The position numbers and the translations under genes were made by a program. A stretch of 64,000 bases of DNA, from positions 272,366,001 through 272,430,000 of the forward strand of contig OZ024741.1 of assembly GCA_964016885.1 (NCBI GenBank), written 5' to 3'. Every line of letters begins with the position of its first letter. Position 1 is the first letter of the stretch. This DNA comes from Eledone cirrhosa (lineage: Eukaryota). Shown here piece by piece: positions 1-13,082 of the stretch. The notes beneath the pieces were generated by a model. It saw only the letters and a program-made list of their open reading frames with translations, was not told where the DNA came from and ran no database searches.

Positions 1-367
1 AAGAACAAAGTAAATAAATACAATACAGAAGTAATAGAAACAAATAAATACATACACGCAAACAGATACGTACATACACAAGCATACGCAAAACCTTACC
101 ATAGGTATACAAAACCACGCACATATAAATATGTGTGTGTGTGTATGCTTGTGTACAAATAAATAAATAATTATATAAACGTATATAAGTAAATAAATAC
201 GTATATAACAAGCGCACACACATACCTACATATAAATACACGAATGTTCGGAGACGTAAGTCAACTAAAACAAGAATTACACATATACACACACCCACCA
301 TACGATCGAACCTGCATACTCACTTAGTAAAACGATTCTTGATAGAATTATACCTGAAATTAGAAGT

Positions 368-1837
368 TTGGCCCCTCTCGCACTGTGGAACAATTCTTTC
401 GCGGTGATTGATTGGTTCAACGGCATATGTAACAAGGAACATTGCCGTTTTATCCAATTCGACATCAACAATTACTACTCCTCCATCACTTTACCACTTC
501 TCCTCAGAGCTATCAATTTCGCTAAAACACTCACAGTGGTTAAGGATTTTGAACTTGATGTCATCCTTAATGCCCGAAAGTCGGTGATTAATTTCGACGA
601 CTCTATTTGGATTAAAAAATCCAATAGTACCCCATTCGACGTGAGTATGGGCGCCAGTGACTCTGCGGAGGTTACTGATCTTATTGGCCTTTTCCTTCTT
701 TTCTCTATCAAGGACGAATTCCTCAACGCGGGCGGTGGTTTGTACCGTGACGATGGTCTTTTGACCATGACTAAGTGCGGACCTTGTGCTTGCGACAGGT
801 TCAGAAAAGAACTCACAGCCTTCTTTAAAGGCTTCAACCTCTCTATACAGGTTGAGGCCAATCTCTCGGTCGTTAATTACCTCGACGTTACCCTCAATTT
901 ATTGAATGGGTTGTATTACCCGTATAGAAAGCCGAATGATACGCTTAATTACATAAGTAAGCATTCCAACCATCCTGCCAGCATAACCAAGAACCTGGTA
1001 AGAAACGTTTCGTTGAGGCTTTCCCGTCTTTCCACCAACGAGCGCATTTTCAACGACCATTCCACTTATTACAATGAAGCTCTTGCTCGAAGTGGATTTG
1101 TCGATAAGGTAGCATATACAGAGTATGAAAATAGACCTAGAAGAAATAGATCCCGTCGCATTTGTTTGTTTAACCCACCATATAATATGGAGGTGGCCAC
1201 ACCATTAGCTAAGATCTTTCTTTCCCTTATTACGAAGCATTTTCCCCCTACACATAAATATAGTAAAATTTTTAATAGAAATACTATTAAAATTTCTTAC
1301 TCTACGACTCCTAACCTTGCACATAACATCACAGCTTCAAATTTAGCTAAACTACCTAGCCGTAGGAACACGTGCAACCCTGTAGTTAGTACTAACTGTA
1401 ATTGTAGGAATCGGGCTGATTGCCCCCTATCCGGGAAATGCCTCTCTAGTAACATTGTCTACAAATGTAAGGTTGTAACACCCACGTCCCGTAGGGCCTA
1501 TATAGGGTTAACCGCCAATAGTTTCAAGCAGCGTCTTTACATGCATACCCATTCTTTTCGTTACCCTCTAAGAAGGAATATGACGTCACTTTCAGCTTAT
1601 ATCTGGAGTCTAAAAGACAACCACACCCAATATAAGTTACACTGGGAGATCCTAGCTAGGGCTAGATCGTATAATGGAAATAAAAGACCATGTGACCTCT
1701 GCGCCGCTGAGGCCCTGGAAATACTCTACGCCACAGACCACATCTTAAACAAAAAATCTGAGGCAATTTCGGCTTGTAAACATAAATTGCACAAAACTTT
1801 CCTGTATTACAGCCCCACGTTATACCCTAACGGATAG
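368..1837 (+). CDS. PLE reverse transcriptase + C-terminal GIY-YIG endonuclease (N-terminally truncated)
   Basis: Motifs QFDINNYYSSI, VSMGASDSAEVTDL, LYRDD, NYLDVTL, CNCRNRADCPL linker, IVY...YIG, CDLC...E, ACKH. Reading frame is open from the inversion junction at ~324. Confidence 0.9.
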   Translation: MAPLALWNNSFAVIDWFNGICNKEHCRFIQFDINNYYSSITLPLLLRAINFAKTLTVVKDFELDVILNARKSVINFDDSIWIKKSNSTPFDVSMGASDSAEVTDLIGLFLLFSIKDEFLNAGGGLYRDDGLLTMTKCGPCACDRFRKELTAFFKGFNLSIQVEANLSVVNYLDVTLNLLNGLYYPYRKPNDTLNYISKHSNHPASITKNLVRNVSLRLSRLSTNERIFNDHSTYYNEALARSGFVDKVAYTEYENRPRRNRSRRICLFNPPYNMEVATPLAKIFLSLITKHFPPTHKYSKIFNRNTIKISYSTTPNLAHNITASNLAKLPSRRNTCNPVVSTNCNCRNRADCPLSGKCLSSNIVYKCKVVTPTSRRAYIGLTANSFKQRLYMHTHSFRYPLRRNMTSLSAYIWSLKDNHTQYKLHWEILARARSYNGNKRPCDLCAAEALEILYATDHILNKKSEAISACKHKLHKTFLYYSPTLYPNG

Positions 1838-2735
1838 CACGATCTATACGTGGATATTTTACGTCTTGATGTGGGAGCTAAGTATATGTTTTGTTTATTC
1901 CTTTACTTATTTGCATAGGTAAGTATATAATACCCATATGTTTTGTGAAGGTATGTATACCTTCTCGTACGTATGTTTGACTGTTATGGCGTATCATTTT
2001 TACATATTTTGGTATTTAGGGTTTGGCTATGTGTATACGGGAGTTTTGCGTCCGAGTGAGTATGCAGGTTCGATCGTATGGTGGGTGTGTGTATATGTGT
2101 AATTCTTGTTTTAGTTGACTTACGTCTCCGAACATTCGTGTATTTATATGTAGGTATGTGTGTGCGCTTGTTATATACGTATTTATTTACTTATATACGT
2201 TTATATAATTATTTATTTATTTGTACACAAGCATATTTATATGTGCGTGGTTTTGTATACCTATGGTAAGGTTTTGCGTATGCTTGTGTATGCTTGTGTA
2301 TGTACGTATCTGTTTGCGTGTATGTATTTATTTGTTTCTATTACTTCTGTATTGTATTTATTTACTTTGTTCTTAACTCTGTAGCGGAGATTCATTTGGT
2401 CTCCTAGTTAGAATTTTAGTCTACGACTTCTGCTATATCATTTACGTGGTTTTGTCTTTGCGTGCTTTTGTTCTCCACGCTCCACATTTGACTTATTATC
2501 TTCGTTTTTTCGTTCATTGCCAGAGAACGTCTCTATGCACCACCTAAGAGAACATTAGTCTACGACCTCTTTTATACCATAAACGTGGTTTTGTCTTTGC
2601 GCGTAATTGTTTTTCACCGCTCCTATTAATGACGTATTATTCGTTTTTTCCCGTTCTTTGCTAGCGAACGTTACCACGAACCAAAGTATCGTCTTCCTGT
2701 CTTCCTCCGGTTGCAACGTTTTTTGAAATATCCAG

Positions 2736-2796
2736 TTCTGCGTTTACAGATTGACTTTGTTAGTTTCAGAAGATCCCGTTAAGGGTGAAAGCAGCG
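2736..2796 (+). ncRNA. Hammerhead-like three-way junction with non-canonical core (CAGAAGA...GAAA)
   Basis: CUGC/GCAG, AGAUUGAC/GUUAGUUU and CCC/GGG helices. Further copies at ~42479-42539 (+) and ~44672-44733 (-). Position near the PLE 3' end matches where HHRs sit in the other families here. Confidence 0.4.
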
Positions 2797-2823
2797 ATTC
2801 TTTGATTAAACTTTAATCTGTTA

Positions 2824-2829
<6 letters not shown>

Positions 2830-2916
<87 letters not shown>
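2830..2916. repeat. (TA)n microsatellite (representative of dozens across the window)
   Basis: Pure TA tract. Similar tracts flank nearly every PLE, Helitron and retrozyme-like insertion. Confidence 0.99.
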
Positions 2917-2918
<2 letters not shown>

Positions 2919-3146
2919 ATGTTTTTCGATCAGTTCGATGGCATGTTATGTTGTTCTGTACCGTTATCACTTGTGACTATTATTGTTGTTGTTTTTGCTG
3001 TTGTTATTTATTTTGTGCGAAATAACAACGTGATAGCTTTTGTTAGAGTTGTGTATATATGCTTTAAACAAGGAGATAAAAGATAACATCTCCGATATTG
3101 TCATCAAGGACACATAATCAGTACTTTTAGAAAGAATGCTGATAAG

Positions 3147-3659
3147 CAGGGCCAGATTTAATGAGGGGCAAAGGTGGAAATGCCCTGGTCCCTTGTAGTA
3201 GGGGGCCCCACCAGCGACGGCCGTAGCAATTTATTTTTGCCCTCAGCTGGGCTTTTTAGTTTCTTGATCTACCTTTTTAGTTTTAGGATGGTTAGAATAT
3301 TTGAATTTAATACTTCTATGTAATAACTTTTCAATTCCAATTACTTGCACCAAGTGAAGGCGCATGGCTTAGTGGTTAGAGCATTGGGCTTGCAATCGAA
3401 AGGTTATGAGTTCAATTCTCGGACCGGGTGATGTGTTGTTTCCTTGAGCAAGACACTTTATTTCACGTTGCTCCAGTTTACTGAGCTGTAGAAATGAGAT
3501 GATAGGACTGGGGTCCCTATCATTAAATCACCCAAGACACCTGCATAGGTGTGAGCTGTAACATACATACTTGCACGAAGCTCATTTTGTTATGTAAATT
3601 GCTGTGTGTTCTCATTTTTTTGTGTATGAGGGGCTCCCAAAGGTCTAAATCCAACCATG
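3147..3659. mobile_element. hAT-type MITE with a nested SINE
   Basis: 8-bp TSD CTGATAAG (3139-3146 and 3660-3667). Imperfect TIRs CAGGGGCCAGATTTA / TAAATCCAACCATG. Confidence 0.7.
3353..3500 (+). mobile_element. tRNA-derived SINE (head plus CORE-like domain)
   Basis: A box TGGCTTAGTGGTTAG, B box GAGTTCAATTC, then CCTTGAGCAAGACACTT. Related copies at ~3790-3872, 26995-28075 and 28158-28295. Confidence 0.8.
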
Positions 3660-3934
3660 CTGATAAGACCTTATATAATAAGTGATTTAGATGTATTTAG
3701 AGCTTAATCACTAAAAACAAAAGAATACTCTGTAAATATTTTGAGTAAAATAACGTGGAAGCAATTGTATGTATGAAGCTGCGTAAACTAGTGGCTCGGT
3801 GGTGTTTGACTTACGATCATAACATCGTAGGTTCGGTTCTTACACCAGCTGTTGTGTTGTGTTCTTGAGCATGTAACAACGGCGCTCCAGCAACTCCAAC
3901 CAGAATTACAACTCCGTCGTCGTTTTTACATCCG

Positions 3935-4345
3935 TTAAGATGGGTCCTCCACACGTCTCAATCCTTTGTAATCGCTTCTGTGAGTCTCAGTGATTTGAGG
4001 TCAGCTCTCACAACCTCTGCCCAGGTCTTTCTTGATCTACCTCTACCGCAACCTCTTTCCACTGGCATTTTCCTGGCACTTCTTCACCCAACGAGTATTG
4101 TCCATGCACATCACATGTCCAAACTACCATAGTCGTCTTTCCTGTACACTACCTTAAATTCCTCTTAAACCCAGCTTTTCCTTCAACTCGTCCAAGCTTA
4201 CCACTTTCTCACACTTACATTGCACATCCAACAGAGCATGCTTGCTTCATTTCTCTCCAGTCAATGCACGTCCTCCGCAGTTATAGCCCATGTTTCACTA
4301 CCATGTAGCATTGCACTTCGTACACGAGTGTCATACAGTCCTCCA
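3935..4345 (-). mobile_element. RTE-clade LINE fragment (C-terminal part of ORF2, degenerate)
   Basis: Minus-strand translation resembles the RTE segment at 40798-41195 (MLHGSETW..., GRGRSRKTW...). Confidence 0.75.
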
Positions 4346-4455
4346 TAATATAATTTATGGGGTCATCACCTCAATACTGTTCAGATACTTTGAGGAACCG
4401 AAATTGCAGTAAACCTTCAGCTGACAGCTGTTGAAAGGAAAGTACAGTATGTAAA

Positions 4456-4499
<44 letters not shown>

Positions 4500-4623
4500 A
4501 TACATACATATATATATATATATATAGGGTGTCCCAAAATATGTATACACACTTTGATTACCTGTACAGGCAATATTTATTAGAATGCTGTTGGAGTGTG
4601 TATACATCTTTGGAGACACCATG

Positions 4624-4694
<71 letters not shown>

Positions 4695-5116
4695 AGGAGG
4701 GGGTGGGGGCGTGCGTGCGTCTGATGCAATATAAGTTTTCTAACTCGTAAATAAATATTTGTATGTATATATATAAGTATGTATGTATGCATGCATGTGT
4801 GCGTGTGTATAGATATGTAAATACTATGACACACATACACATACATAAAAAGTAACCACACACATACACAAATAAAAAAAAAACACCTGTGCATTGGAAA
4901 GGTAAACATATCCATTACTGGCCTGCATATACACACCTACATGTTTACACATTGACTCACTTATTTACTAAAACCTGGAATTGTCTTAACTCAAACAGGT
5001 CTTGTCACTTTTGTTAGTGACATACATACATACATACATACATACATACATACATACATACATACATACACATACATACATACATACATACATACATACA
5101 TACATACATACATACA

Positions 5117-5145
<29 letters not shown>

Positions 5146-5147
<2 letters not shown>

Positions 5148-5272
5148 CATCATCTTTTAACGTCTATCCTCCACGCAAGCATGGGTTAGGCGGGAAATTG
5201 TCCCATTTGAGGCAAGATTGGTCGGGTGACCATGTCTCGCTTGTATAGGACTATCTGGCAGGTTTTCTACGG
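5146..5272 (-). mobile_element. RTE LINE 3' end with (GAT)n tail
   Basis: TCATCATC-TTTTAACGTC...GCATGGGTTAG matches 40412-40560, 21132-21200 and 57860-57918. Confidence 0.7.
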
Positions 5273-5378
5273 GCGTTTCGCCACTGATCAGCTCAAGGTT
5301 CGATCTGTATCGATCTTATCCGACTCTGTAATCCGCGGCTCGTCGGACCCCTTGTAATGTTAGTAGAAAATGAATACA

Positions 5379-5762
<384 letters not shown>

Positions 5763-5783
5763 ATATATATATGTATATATATT

Positions 5784-5887
<104 letters not shown>

Positions 5888-6346
5888 GATATAATATAAT
5901 AAAATAATCTAACATAAAACGAACAATAATATGGACATATATACAAGTAACTATGATACAACCAATATTCTAAGCATGTTATAACGAACTGAAAAAAATA
6001 ATTAATATAAATTTAAAAAATCATATATAAATTAACAATTTAACTTACCAAAACGAGAAAAATATTTTGATGATAAAACGACGAAATACAGGAAATAGTT
6101 TCGAAAGCGAAACGATAAATAAACGTGCAAACAAAACGCTTTTGAGCAACAATTACTCTCGTTGGTTGATTAGCCAATAAGACGATGAAATTAGCCAATA
6201 AGACGATACATTACAAAACATGTTTGGAAGGAATCGCCACGGTCAGCGATACCCCTTGAAAATTTTATTCACAACCTATGCATATATTGTCAGACATGCA
6301 GACTTAAAACATTCTGTTGTTAGTCAATGCGTGTCTAACAGATATG

Positions 6347-6395
<49 letters not shown>

Positions 6396-6433
6396 TATTT
6401 ACGTATCGAGAAAGAGAAAAGAGGGGAGGATAG

Positions 6434-7567
6434 GTGATACATATAGTTATTTGCCAAGTAGCGTATGCCACGCCTTCCAACCAACATCTTCGTGTACATA
6501 AACATGGAAGAGGTAGGAAGAGTGCACCCGAGCATAAAGTGAAAGGGGCACCGAACGGACGACTGCTCATTAACACACATAAGAGCGGTCACCTAGATGG
6601 AACCACCCGTAGCAAAAGTACAAGGACACGTAATCGCCACCGTAACGTCCTATGGCTCCACCCCCCACCCCCCTACTCTCGGAGTGTGGCCTCCAACATA
6701 CCCCGGATGTTCTTCGAAGCCTTAGAGAAGAACTTCCCGCCCAACCATAGATATAGAAAAATTCTTAACAGGAACAATATAAACATATCCTTCTCTACTA
6801 CTCCTAACCTAGCAGACATGATAGGAACAACGAACCACAGTAAGATCACCAAGACACAGCACCTCGACACAGACGCACCTACACCTGACAATAACTATAT
6901 CGGCCTTAACTCCCTGGCAGCATCCAATAGTGTTGACAACGGCATCCGCAGACGCAACCAACATAACCGCGAAATAACTGGGGAACATGCAGAACATGAC
7001 GTGCGGAATAACAATCGCACCACCCCGCGTGCTGTGGGTTGTAATGGTGCTAACGACAGCTGCGGTAGCGTAGGTAACAACGTAGGCAGCAACAATGATA
7101 GCCTTACCGTGGGAAATAGACGGAACCGCGACAGAAATTGCAACTGCCGCGACAGAGGACGGTGCCCCCTTAGAGGATACTGCTTGACTGATAGGGTTAT
7201 ATATAGATGCACTATTACTAGCCACAATCGCGTTAAACATTATATAGGGGCTACCTCCGGCCCGTTCAAAATTAGGTTTCGAACACATCTCCACTCTTTC
7301 ACAAATAGAAAACTAAGGCACTCCACTTCGCTCACGGACTACATCACATCACTAAAGGACTTAAACATCAGCTTCTCCACGCACTGGGAGATTGTCGGTA
7401 GGGCTGCACCGTACAACTTCAAGAGGAAATGCGATCTTTGCCTCATGGAGCTCTACCACATCATAACTGCACCCCACGAGCTCATCAACAGCAAAGCTGA
7501 AACAGCGATAAGTTGTACACATCGCTTAAAAATATCCTTCTTCAGATGGGTTAAGGATGAGGAGTGA
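6434..7567 (+). CDS. PLE C-terminal half: linker + GIY-YIG endonuclease (RT core missing)
   Basis: VLWLHPPPPYS, HRYRKILNRNNINISFS, CNCRDRGRCPL, VIY...YIG, CDLCLME, SCTH. Confidence 0.8.
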   Translation: MIHIVICQVAYATPSNQHLRVHKHGRGRKSAPEHKVKGAPNGRLLINTHKSGHLDGTTRSKSTRTRNRHRNVLWLHPPPPYSRSVASNIPRMFFEALEKNFPPNHRYRKILNRNNINISFSTTPNLADMIGTTNHSKITKTQHLDTDAPTPDNNYIGLNSLAASNSVDNGIRRRNQHNREITGEHAEHDVRNNNRTTPRAVGCNGANDSCGSVGNNVGSNNDSLTVGNRRNRDRNCNCRDRGRCPLRGYCLTDRVIYRCTITSHNRVKHYIGATSGPFKIRFRTHLHSFTNRKLRHSTSLTDYITSLKDLNISFSTHWEIVGRAAPYNFKRKCDLCLMELYHIITAPHELINSKAETAISCTHRLKISFFRWVKDEE

Positions 7568-7850
7568 AACCGTACACCGGATCTCCCTGCAACAAGTCTT
7601 AACACCCCAGCGGGCAGGCGCTGCAAAATAACACCCAGGAAACAGTCCTTGCATACCAGACCCAGCCTCAGACAAACAGATGCGGCAAAAAATAAATTGT
7701 CCGGGAGAGACTGCCCTAACACCGGCCGGAGTTACCTCCCTTGACCTGCTGCAAAATCAACACACGCTATTTTTGCGAGCAATGAACCTTGATGTGGATT
7801 TAACCCCCAAAACTCTTTCCGAGCAATATAAGGAACACTTTTCATTATTT

Positions 7851-7892
7851 ATGCCCTTGAGAAGCCCAACTGGGCGAAACGTACGTAGGTGT
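7851..7892 (+). ncRNA. Minimal type I hammerhead, U3-A8 core variant
   Basis: AUGCC-C-UUGAGAA-GCCC(AACU)GGGC-GAAA-CGUACG-UA-GGUGU. Palindromic stem III. Confidence 0.65.
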
Positions 7893-7948
7893 TGTTTTAA
7901 ATAAACATGTTTTTTAACGGTCTATTCTCCGATTTTTTACTTTCCCAC

Positions 7949-8004
<56 letters not shown>

Positions 8005-8578
8005 CTTCAATACTCTCATATATATATATATATACTAGCTGGCCCGTCCGGCTAGGAATACCTGCCCCCCACCACTCCACTGCAAAGATACCACACACCC
8101 TCCCGTGTCACATTGTCCTCCACTTCGTAGCAAAAGGGATGAGCTACCGTAGAAATGAGTTTAAAAAGAAATCGTTAAGCTGTGTTGTTAATATACATAC
8201 ATACATATATACGACCGTCAGCTTTATAAGTATAGATATGTGTGTATGTGTGTTTATGTATGTGTGTTTGTGTATGTGTGTATGTGCATGTGTGTGTCTG
8301 TGTGTTTTGTTTTGATGTTATCCGGAAATTGGCGAAATCAGGTGTGAAAGTATGTGTATTTGTGTGTGTATGTGTGTTACTTATGCGAGCGACGACAGAT
8401 GAAAGATATACCACGGAAATGAACGTTATTTTTCAATCACCGCTATATTTGATCATACACATTGTTTATTTCAAAATTATTTTAATGCCGATACTTGATT
8501 TAACGTCATTGGAAAATCTATCACTTGCTGGTCCCCCTCTGTCTCTCTCTCTCTGTAGATGTGTGTCTGTAGTTTTCC

Positions 8579-8660
<82 letters not shown>

Positions 8661-8863
8661 ATATTGAAGGGAGATACGGAAACTAAAACAGTGTTGTCAT
8701 TTAGAGAGTGAAGAGCGACAGAGAGAGTAAAACAATTAAATTTTAGAGAGGGGGAATGATCTATTATAGAGAGAGGGAAGAGCGACGGAGAGAGTAAAGC
8801 TAAGAAACTATAGGGAGGTGTGTAGGATACATACATACATAATACACACGACGCTCAGATTTA

Positions 8864-8901
<38 letters not shown>

Positions 8902-9407
8902 TAAAGCTGAGCGTCGTGTGTATTATGTATGTATGTATGTATCCTACACACCTCCCTATAGTTTCTTAGCTTTACTCTCTACCAGTGAGACCTTGGTTAC
9001 TATGTTGAGCTCTGCTGATGAACGAAATCCAACCGTGACCATCCCCACTGAAAGTTTTCGTGAAATAATCTTTTCAAGACTATACAGAGCATTTGAAGTT
9101 GTCCCAAATTGAAGGTTGAGTACTTTAGACTTTGTTTTATCATGAGTTAAGGCTCTATTGATTTTTCCCTGGATTTCTCTAAATTCTGTTGGATAAATCT
9201 ATATCCTGATTCTTTTTGAATTAGTCTGAATTATTTTTCCCATATCTTATGTTAACTATTTTCCCATTTTGACGCTATAGTCACATATATGTTATGGAAT
9301 ACTGTTAGCTTCTCGCTACAACAATTTCTATACTTTTCATTTATATATATATATAATAAAGTAATTAAGTCAAATATTTAAAATTTGGCTACGTTTATTA
9401 AAGATGT

Positions 9408-9462
9408 ACTGCTATATATATTTCGGTGACAGCCATCATTTACTGTGACCTCTTCAGGCAGT
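9408..9462 (-). ncRNA. Type I hammerhead ribozyme
   Basis: Inverted copy of the HHR at 9644-9698. Confidence 0.8.
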
Positions 9463-9643
9463 CCGAATTGGTGTGGTAGAGACAGGTACACATGTTGTTA
9501 AAGTGTTTTACTCCGTCAATACTCCGATATCATTCCAGTTCCTCAGAGAAATAACAATCCAACCAGGAGCTGGACATATCGGAGTATTGATGGAGTAAAA
9601 CACTTTAACAACATGTGTACCTGTCTCTACCACACCAATTCGG

Positions 9644-9698
9644 ACTGCCTGAAGAGGCCACAGCCAATGATGGCTGTCACCGAAATATATATAGCAGT
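9644..9698 (+). ncRNA. Type I hammerhead ribozyme
   Basis: ACUGC-CUGAAGA-GG..ACAGCCA(AUGA)UGGCUGU..CC-GAAA-UAUAUA-UA-GCAGU. Confidence 0.85.
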
Positions 9699-10027
9699 AC
9701 ATCTTTAATAAACGAAGCCAAATTTTAAATATTTGACTTAATTACTTTATTTTACATTATTCCGGAGTAACCAAACCAACCTGCGTACTCCGTCGAGTGC
9801 TCCAATCTGCATACTGAGGTGTCGATAACAACCAACATATACTCAAAATATATATATATATATGCAAAGGTTTTATTTTAAATTGTTGTGTTACAACAAG
9901 TAAATATTTTATAACTGATATAAAGCACTCGACAAGTTTTTGGAGTAGATATACGATATTAAACAAATGGAAACTATATTTATAAAACCATATTTATTTC
10001 ATTATACATATTTCAGGGATACCATAT

Positions 10028-10094
<67 letters not shown>

Positions 10095-10382
10095 GTTAAA
10101 CAAGGTTGAATGAATAAATAAAAAAACTCATCTGTTTTCTCTCTGTCTTTCTTTTTTTCTTTCCTCTTTCTTCAATAATTATTTGAATCTCTAACAGTAA
10201 TGTAAATTGCTCTTATGTATTTTTAAGCTTTCAACACGCACCCTCTGTATTATATGTATTATATGTAACTTTTTTCATGTCTCAATCTTAAGGTATATAA
10301 ATATTGAGTTTTGTCATATCTTACTCACTACCATGACTGGATCTTAACCATCTACTATGTCAGGGTATGTCATGCATCATCT

Positions 10383-10449
10383 TATTTTATCTGATTAGGA
10401 CGTACTGTTGAAGTTAGCTCAGTACCTCTGAAATATGTATAATAAAATA
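10383..10449 (+). ncRNA. Type I hammerhead with G8U mutation, at the end of a PLE-like 3' fragment
   Basis: UAUUUUAU-CUGAUUA-..GUACUG/CAGUAC..-GAAA-UAUGUA-UA-AUAAAAUA. Confidence 0.6.
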
Positions 10450-10490
10450 TACTTGATCACAAGAAGTTCTATTTTTGTTAATATTTTGAA

Positions 10491-10527
<37 letters not shown>

Positions 10528-10654
10528 AAAGTTATATTTAAATTGTTGGGTTACAACTAGTAAATATTTATAACTGATATAAAAGCACTCAACAAGTATT
10601 TGGAGTATATTTACGATATTAAATAAATGGAAACTATATTTATAAAACCATATT

Positions 10655-10720
10655 TATTTCATTATATATATTTCAGGGATATCATATTAACAATATGTTA
10701 TGCCTTCTTCAGACAAAATA
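10655..10720 (-). ncRNA. Type I hammerhead (family B)
   Basis: Reverse complement of 12719-12784. Confidence 0.8.
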
Positions 10721-12718
10721 CAATATAGACAGTTTTATAGATAAATAGATTTGACATGCCGTTCAACATCGACTTGTATTTGAAAAAGTTGATTTGGCAG
10801 TGAAAAATTGTAAACAGAAAGAAAGAAAGAAAGAAGGAAAGAAAGAAAGAAAACGAAGAAAAAGAATAAATGCATGCAACAAAATAGAGAGATGGAAAGA
10901 TATATAAAGAGAAGAACTTCATGTAAAGAAACAGAGAGAGATATATAGAGAGAGGAAATAGATAGAGATAGATATATATAGAGAAAAGTAGGTAGTTGAA
11001 CATCCGTTGAATGACGTATCAATGATACATTTATTTATTTATTTATTTATTTATTTAGCTCTAGTATTAATGTAAGGGAGATACATGTGGTTAGGAAAGA
11101 AACCAGCCGTTATATAGAGAGAAAAATGAAAAGTAACCAGACATAGGCGAGGCAGAATTTAAAACCCTATGTTTCTATGTAGAAATATTAGTTCGTATAA
11201 AAACCAGGCACTATAATGTAAATATCAGTATTCATGAATGAGACACGGAGGAGATATTCTTTATACTAAAATCTAAAAATTCCCTTAATCTACGGACAAA
11301 TTTATTCAGCTGCTGCAAAAATAGATTGAACTCAACTTTTAAATATAAATTTAAATTTAAAATGTAGTATATTTAGTTTGATTTGTAATTATTTGGGAAA
11401 CTAGCCGATAAATCTTTCGATTTCTTCTTTTTATTCTTCTTTTTATTTTAATTTTTATTTTAAACATTCTTCATGAAAAATTAAACTACCCTAAAAGTTG
11501 ATGCTCCAAATATATCGAATAAACGTTACACTAGATAAACTTCTATATTAAATATAAGAACATATGTAGACCAAATGGGCATCCTAAACTTTTGAAATGA
11601 TTTCTGCTAGACGCGATTTGGTAAATAATTCTTAGCTTTATCTGTTTTCGACTCTGATGCTTATAATGAACTTGGCAATATATTGTCAATTAATTTTGAA
11701 AGGTTGATCTTTGTGGTCGATTTGCGTGGCATACTATATTTTTTATTTTTATTTTTTTATTATTTTAATATTTTTTAATATTTTTAATATTTTTAATATT
11801 TTTATTTTTAATATGTAATATTTTTTAGTTTTCTATTTTATTTATTTATTTATTTTATTATTATTATTATTTTTGTTTTTGTTTCTGATATTTTTTATTA
11901 ATATATTAATATATTGAAATCTGTTCTCTATTTCTGCTTGATAGATAATCATGTAGAGTAAAGACAAGAATAGTATCGTTAAAATTAAAATTAATATAGA
12001 CTCTATATATATGTGTATATATACACATATATGTATACTTAAATTTTTATAGCACAATGAGAATGTTCTCCGTGTGAAATAGGAGTTTGCAGAGTTGATC
12101 ACGTAAATTCACATCGATGTTTGTAGTTATCATATAAACATATGAATTTTTAAAACTAGACATAAGATCATTACTTTTCACACATTATAGATACGTGTCT
12201 CATTCATGAATACTGATATTTACATTATAGTGCCTGGTTTTTATACGAACTAATATTTCTACATAGAAACATAGGGTTTTAAATTCTGCCTCGCCTATGT
12301 CTGGTTACTTTTCATTTTTCTCTCTATATAACGGCTGGTTTCTTTCCTAACCACATATATCTCCCTTACATTAATACTAGAGCTAAATAAATAAATAAAT
12401 AAATAAATGTATCATTGATACGTCATTCAACGGATGTTCAACTACCTACTTTTCTCTATATATATCTATCTCTATCTATTTCCTCTCTCTATATATATCT
12501 CTCTCTGTTTCTTTACATGAAGTTCTTCTCTTTATATATCTTTCCATCTCTCTATTTTGTTGCATGCATTTATTCTTTTTCTTCGTTTTCTTTCTTTCTT
12601 TCCTTCTTTCTTTCTTTCTTTCTGTTTACAATTTTTCACTGCCAAATCAACTTTTTCAAATACAAGTCGATGTTGAACGGTATGTCAAATCTATTTATCT
12701 ATAAAACTGTCTATATTG

Positions 12719-12784
12719 TATTTTGTCTGAAGAAGGCATAACATATTGTTAATATGATATCCCTGAAATATATATAATGAAATA
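12719..12784 (+). ncRNA. Type I hammerhead (family B)
   Basis: UAUUUUGU-CUGAAGA-AGG..CAUAUU(GUU)AAUAUG..CCU-GAAA-UAUAUA-UA-AUGAAAUA. Confidence 0.82.
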
Positions 12785-12824
12785 AATATGGTTTTATAAA
12801 TATAGTTTCCATTTATTTAATATC

Positions 12825-12897
<73 letters not shown>

Positions 12898-13082
12898 TAG
12901 AAGTTGTATTTAATTTGTTGGAAGTCCGACAAACATAAATGTTTATAACTGATTTAGAGCACTCAACAGGTTACTGGAGTAAATATTCAATGATATTAAA
13001 TAAATGGAAACTATATTTATAAAATATTTATAAATAGCTCATTTAATGTTGAGCACTTTAAATTATAACTGATTGCTAAATA

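Larger units (their letters stand above)
1..2830 (+). mobile_element. Penelope-like retroelement (Hydra-type), 5'-truncated, preceded by an inverted copy of its own 3' UTR
   Basis: 1-324 is the reverse complement of ~2055-2375. RT+GIY-YIG ORF follows. ~1 kb 3' UTR with a ~140-bp internal duplication (2415-2690) ends at a (TA)n tract. Confidence 0.9.
6391..7950 (+). mobile_element. Hydra-type PLE, heavily 5'-truncated, between (TA)n tracts
   Basis: ORF with RT-thumb/linker and GIY-YIG. HHR ~60 nt before the 3' (TA)n. Confidence 0.85.
9355..9750. mobile_element. Fold-back PLE pseudo-LTR fragment with an HHR on each arm
   Basis: ~9356-9536 and ~9575-9752 are inverted repeats. A related copy lies at 48140-48300. 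Confidence 0.8.
10525..12826 (+). mobile_element. Rearranged 3' portion of PLE family B (inverted 3' UTR + end of GIY-YIG ORF + 1.5-kb 3' UTR)
   Basis: ~10610-11246 is inverted relative to ~12194-12826. 11248-11367 encodes EEIFFILKSKNSLNLRTNLFSCCK, as in ORF 34074-35423. Confidence 0.88.

Noticed and set aside
368-1837. Bacterial retron, DGR or group II intron RT system
   Set aside because: The YRDD-type RT fused to GIY-YIG, the inverted UTR copies and the microsatellite-rich eukaryotic context all fit a PLE.
3353-3430. tRNA genes (also ~27000, ~28160, ~46765)
   Set aside because: A and B boxes run into SINE bodies, and there is no complete cloverleaf.
8980-9340. Possible degenerate retroelement ORF on the minus strand
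   Set aside because: Manual translation gave no motif I could identify with confidence.
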